Under the pieces are notes generated by a model. It was not told the DNA's origin and did not search any database. It saw only the letters and a list, made by a program, of their open reading frames with translations. A DNA stretch of 64,000 nt from Podospora anserina (taxonomy: Eukaryota), in contig CM030338.1 of assembly GCA_017654855.1 (NCBI GenBank), positions 1,736,001 through 1,800,000 on the forward strand, written 5' to 3'. Position numbers and translations under genes: made by a program. Position 1 is the first letter of the stretch; each line of letters opens with the position of its first letter. Below, piece after piece: positions 60,716-64,000 of the stretch.

Positions 60716-61188
60716 AGACCAACATTAAAACGACAAAAACAAAACAAAAATAGAAATAAATGATACCCAGGGGTTTGTTTCCATAGAGTGAGAAAAAAAA
60801 ACGGTCTATTGGTATAACTCGGTTACTTTATGCCCCCCTTCACCTTCATCTCCCCCCTATTCGCGATCCATACAACTGCAAAAAAAGACCATTTTTTGGC
60901 TGTAAACCTGTACACTCACCACTAACCCACCCAGCTCACAGTAACCTCAACATGTCATAACCGCTGCTTCGCTTTCGTTTTGTTTTCCACTTCCAGTACA
61001 CAACCTCCCCTGATGCAGAACTGTACGCTGGGAAGGCTCATCGAGCGACCCAAACAATCCCAAGGGCGCATATGCGCGCGTAAATCGGATGCTGACCTAG
61101 GACAGATGGGATACAAATATAGATGGGGACGGGCCGGGGGAAAAGTTGTTGAATTGGATCTGGGAATTGCTTCATTAAAGTTCTTGCT

Positions 61189-63424
61189 CTATGGTGATGT
61201 GTTCATCGGGTCCCCGCCAGCCGCAGGAGGAGCCCCACTGGCGGCCGCGATAGCTTGGGCGGCGAAGAACCTGACGTCGATATCCTCGTCGTCCTTGAGT
61301 TTCTCGAGGCATGGCAGGACACGCTCGTCAATCAGCCCCTGGCCCCGTGGGGATGCGGTGAAAGGAGCACCAGCCTTCTCAAGAGTGAAAATGGTACCTT
61401 CGGCGGGCAACCTGCGAAGGACACCGATGATTATGGTGTATGTCTTCGCAACATTAAACCGGATGTTGGGGATAGCATCACCGGTCAGCTTCTCAAGCAT
61501 GGGAAGAATGCTGTCGGCGACAACATCCAAGGTGACAACGCTGGCCAAGGTCTGTTGATGCTGTCAGCACTTACTCATAATGACACCCAGAGAGGAAGCT
61601 CAACTCACCGAGATAGCAAAACATGTGGTCATCCTGTACAGGTAATTTGGGTGTCTACCCATCTCCATAACCTTTGGAATGATGTTTTGGCTGGCCCACT
61701 CAACACCAAAGACCTCTGTCAACCTCTTAAGGTTGTGAGTAGCAGCCTCACGGATGGAGAAGACGGTATCGCCAAGCCAGCCCATGCAAAGGCTGCTGAG
61801 CTTCTCGTTAAAGAACCCAACACCCAGCTGGCCGGCAAGCAAGGGCATGTGCCCAATTATGGCCAAACGAACACGCCACTGCTTGTCCTCGGCAAGGTGA
61901 ACAATGGCTGGAAGAAGGGACTCGGAGAGCCGGTCGATGCCGATAACCTTATTTACCAGCTCAAGCTTAGAAATGATGTGAAGACGGACTTCCGGAAACT
62001 CATCCTTGAGCATCTGAATGAACATGGGCAACAGATGATCAATGGTTCTGTATGCTGATTAGCGAGTGCGTCCTGAGACCAATCACGACTGACGTACTCT
62101 TGCTTCCCGAGGATGGGCGCGAGGCCACTGATTTGTGTACCAAGAGCGGCACGGACATGTTGAGAGGTATCGTTGACAAGTGTCTCGATTGTTTCCAAGA
62201 CCTCACTCAGCACAAGCTCTCTGGGTATCAGGGTGCAGAAGCCCGGAATCTGGCCTGCTATGGCTGTCCGCACCTCAGCCTCGTGGTCCTTGAGCAGCTT
62301 CACAAAAGCAGGGACCATGTCTCTGGTCAGAACTTCCTCATCCACAGCTTTGGCAATCTGTGGTCTAGTTAGCCATGCTCCCGTGAACGTCGAACAAGGT
62401 CATACACACCTTTTCGAACCTGTCTGCAACCATGTACCGAACTCTCCAGCTCTTGTCCTCAATCAAGCTACGAAGCGAGCTCAGAAGAACGCCATGGCTG
62501 GCTTGCTGCTCCTTGGGAACACTCTCGGCGATGGCACCCAGGATCTCAACCGTAAGGAGTCTGACGCTGTCTTGATCGTCCGTCACAAGGTGCTGAAACT
62601 GAGGGATCATTTCTGAGATGACGAGTGGGGGAGCAATCTCCTTTACAAACTTGGCCATATTAGTGGCAGCCTGGCGGCGCACCATGGGTGTTTCGTCGTG
62701 GACAAGCTGTGAGAAGGCTTGACGGAGCTGTAGCTTTGTTTCTTCGCTGACCTTGGCGTAAGGAGACGCGTACAGACCGCACGCTGAGACTTTGGAAGTG
62801 AACCAATCCGCCTTAGAGAGTCTGAACACCAGCGGAATGAAATACTCCTCGATTTGGTGCGCATCAAGATCAACGCAGATCTTGTTCAGCGACTCGACAG
62901 CCTAGAGACAGCAGAAGTCAGTCCATATCCCTTGCGATCCTGGAAAGCGGCATCGGAATCGCCTACCTTGTCCCTCACAACGGGCTCTTCTATGGCAGCA
63001 AGGTTCTCAAGGGGAGACAGCAGAACGTGACCCCACTCCGGACCGCCGACATAGTCGATAAACTTTCCCAGCTCGCCGCTGAGGGCCACAAGAACCTCAT
63101 CTTCGTCTTCGACACTTTCTGCAGCAAGAAGCAGGTTAGTGTTTCGTCCATCTACCAAGAAGAGTGCACCAAACGGGATGGGGCTGGCTGACCGTCGAGA
63201 AAGGGGATGAGCTCGTCGCGAGTGCGCTCAGGGCCCAACGCAAGAGCAATGGTCGAGAGTCGGTGAATCGCGTTGAGGCGAAGCAGGACATCGTCGTGCT
63301 GGGAGAAAAAGTTAACCAACAAAAGGCCACAAGACTGGGAGCTTTGTCACCGCCATACCTTCAATTCATCGATCAAGACGGCGATGGGATAGAGCTCATC
63401 GCTGGGGTTGGTTGCATCAGCCAT
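61189..63424 (-). CDS. TPD3: Protein phosphatase 2A scaffold (A) subunit, HEAT repeats, 7 exons
   Basis: [120 protein letters not shown]. Exons 63424-63359, 63298-63193, 63118-62967, 62901-62410, 62357-62098, 62047-61609, 61551-61189. Confidence 0.97.
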
Positions 63425-64000
63425 GGTGGGCGGCTGTTGTGGGGGTATCGAGTGGTTGAAAGAAGCGCGGAATATGCCAAGAGTCGGGGGTGATTATGTT
63501 TATCTTGGTGGTATGTTTGTTTGTGCTGGTGAGGAATCCGGGCCGTGGTTTGGGCAGGGCGCTGGGTAAGGCGGCCGGGATCGCGTGTGGTGTGGAAAGT
63601 GATGCAATGGGTAATCTGAAGAGTGGGAGGGAGTTGCCGACCGGGGCGCTACAAGTAATGCAGCCCACCTGAGAGAGAGCTGTCTGCGGTGTGGTCTGGT
63701 CTCTGTTTCCCCGGGGTTGGGTGTCAATGTCGATGCTGGAATTAGGCAAGCGCGCCGGCGACCGTACAGCAGCACACTGGAGTGGAATGCAACAAGATAT
63801 GGGAGGACGCCGGGCAGTTTGTTGAATGTTTATTCCCAAAGTGATGTTGGATGGGATGGTTGTCAGAGGGTGGGCGGCGAGGGGACTGTCAAGGCGAGAG
63901 CTCTCCAGCGACCAGGAGCCAGGAGCGCGGCCTAACAAATCCAGGCTGGTCACGGCCCAGGTGGTCAGTGCGTCGGTCCCAGGCTGACAGCCTCCCCCGT

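Noticed and set aside
60955-61191. 77 open codons after the PP2A-A TAG
   Set aside because: The composition looks like UTR and the editing context is weaker (A at -2). There is no independent support, unlike the UBP12 case.

Overview
Gene-dense stretch of a filamentous ascomycete chromosome. The short GT-AG introns with CTRAC branch sites, the codon style and the gene content point to Sordariales, probably Podospora-like (inference). I can support about 19 intact protein-coding genes, mostly housekeeping: UPRTase (truncated by the window edge), FEX fluoride exporter, cytosolic Met-tRNA synthetase, a short TM-type tRNase Z-like enzyme, ADAL-type deaminase, G-protein beta subunit, its phosducin-like chaperone, an uncharacterised single-pass membrane protein, RanBP1, TAF14, an ARO80-like Zn2Cys6 factor, a UBP12-like deubiquitinase, an insulysin/Ste23 protease, an MPP6-like/zinc-knuckle protein, complex I NDUFS6, a small secreted Cys-containing protein, a Q-rich conserved protein, EFM4 and the PP2A scaffold subunit. 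The most striking observation concerns the apparent orphan ORF at 34253-35008. It is exactly in frame with the UBP12 gene and is separated from it only by three TAG codons, each in the context preferred by fungal sexual-stage A-to-I editing, so a hidden 308-codon editing-dependent C-terminal extension is plausible. Also notable: a ~630 bp AT-rich element (56-bp-arm hairpin, 14 perfect copies of a 14-bp repeat, terminal hairpin-CTAG), an in-frame upstream exon that would give TAF14 a 29-Asn tract, a GC-AG intron, and a probable decayed BTB gene between the G-beta and phosducin genes. All splice junctions were read by eye and no database searches were run.
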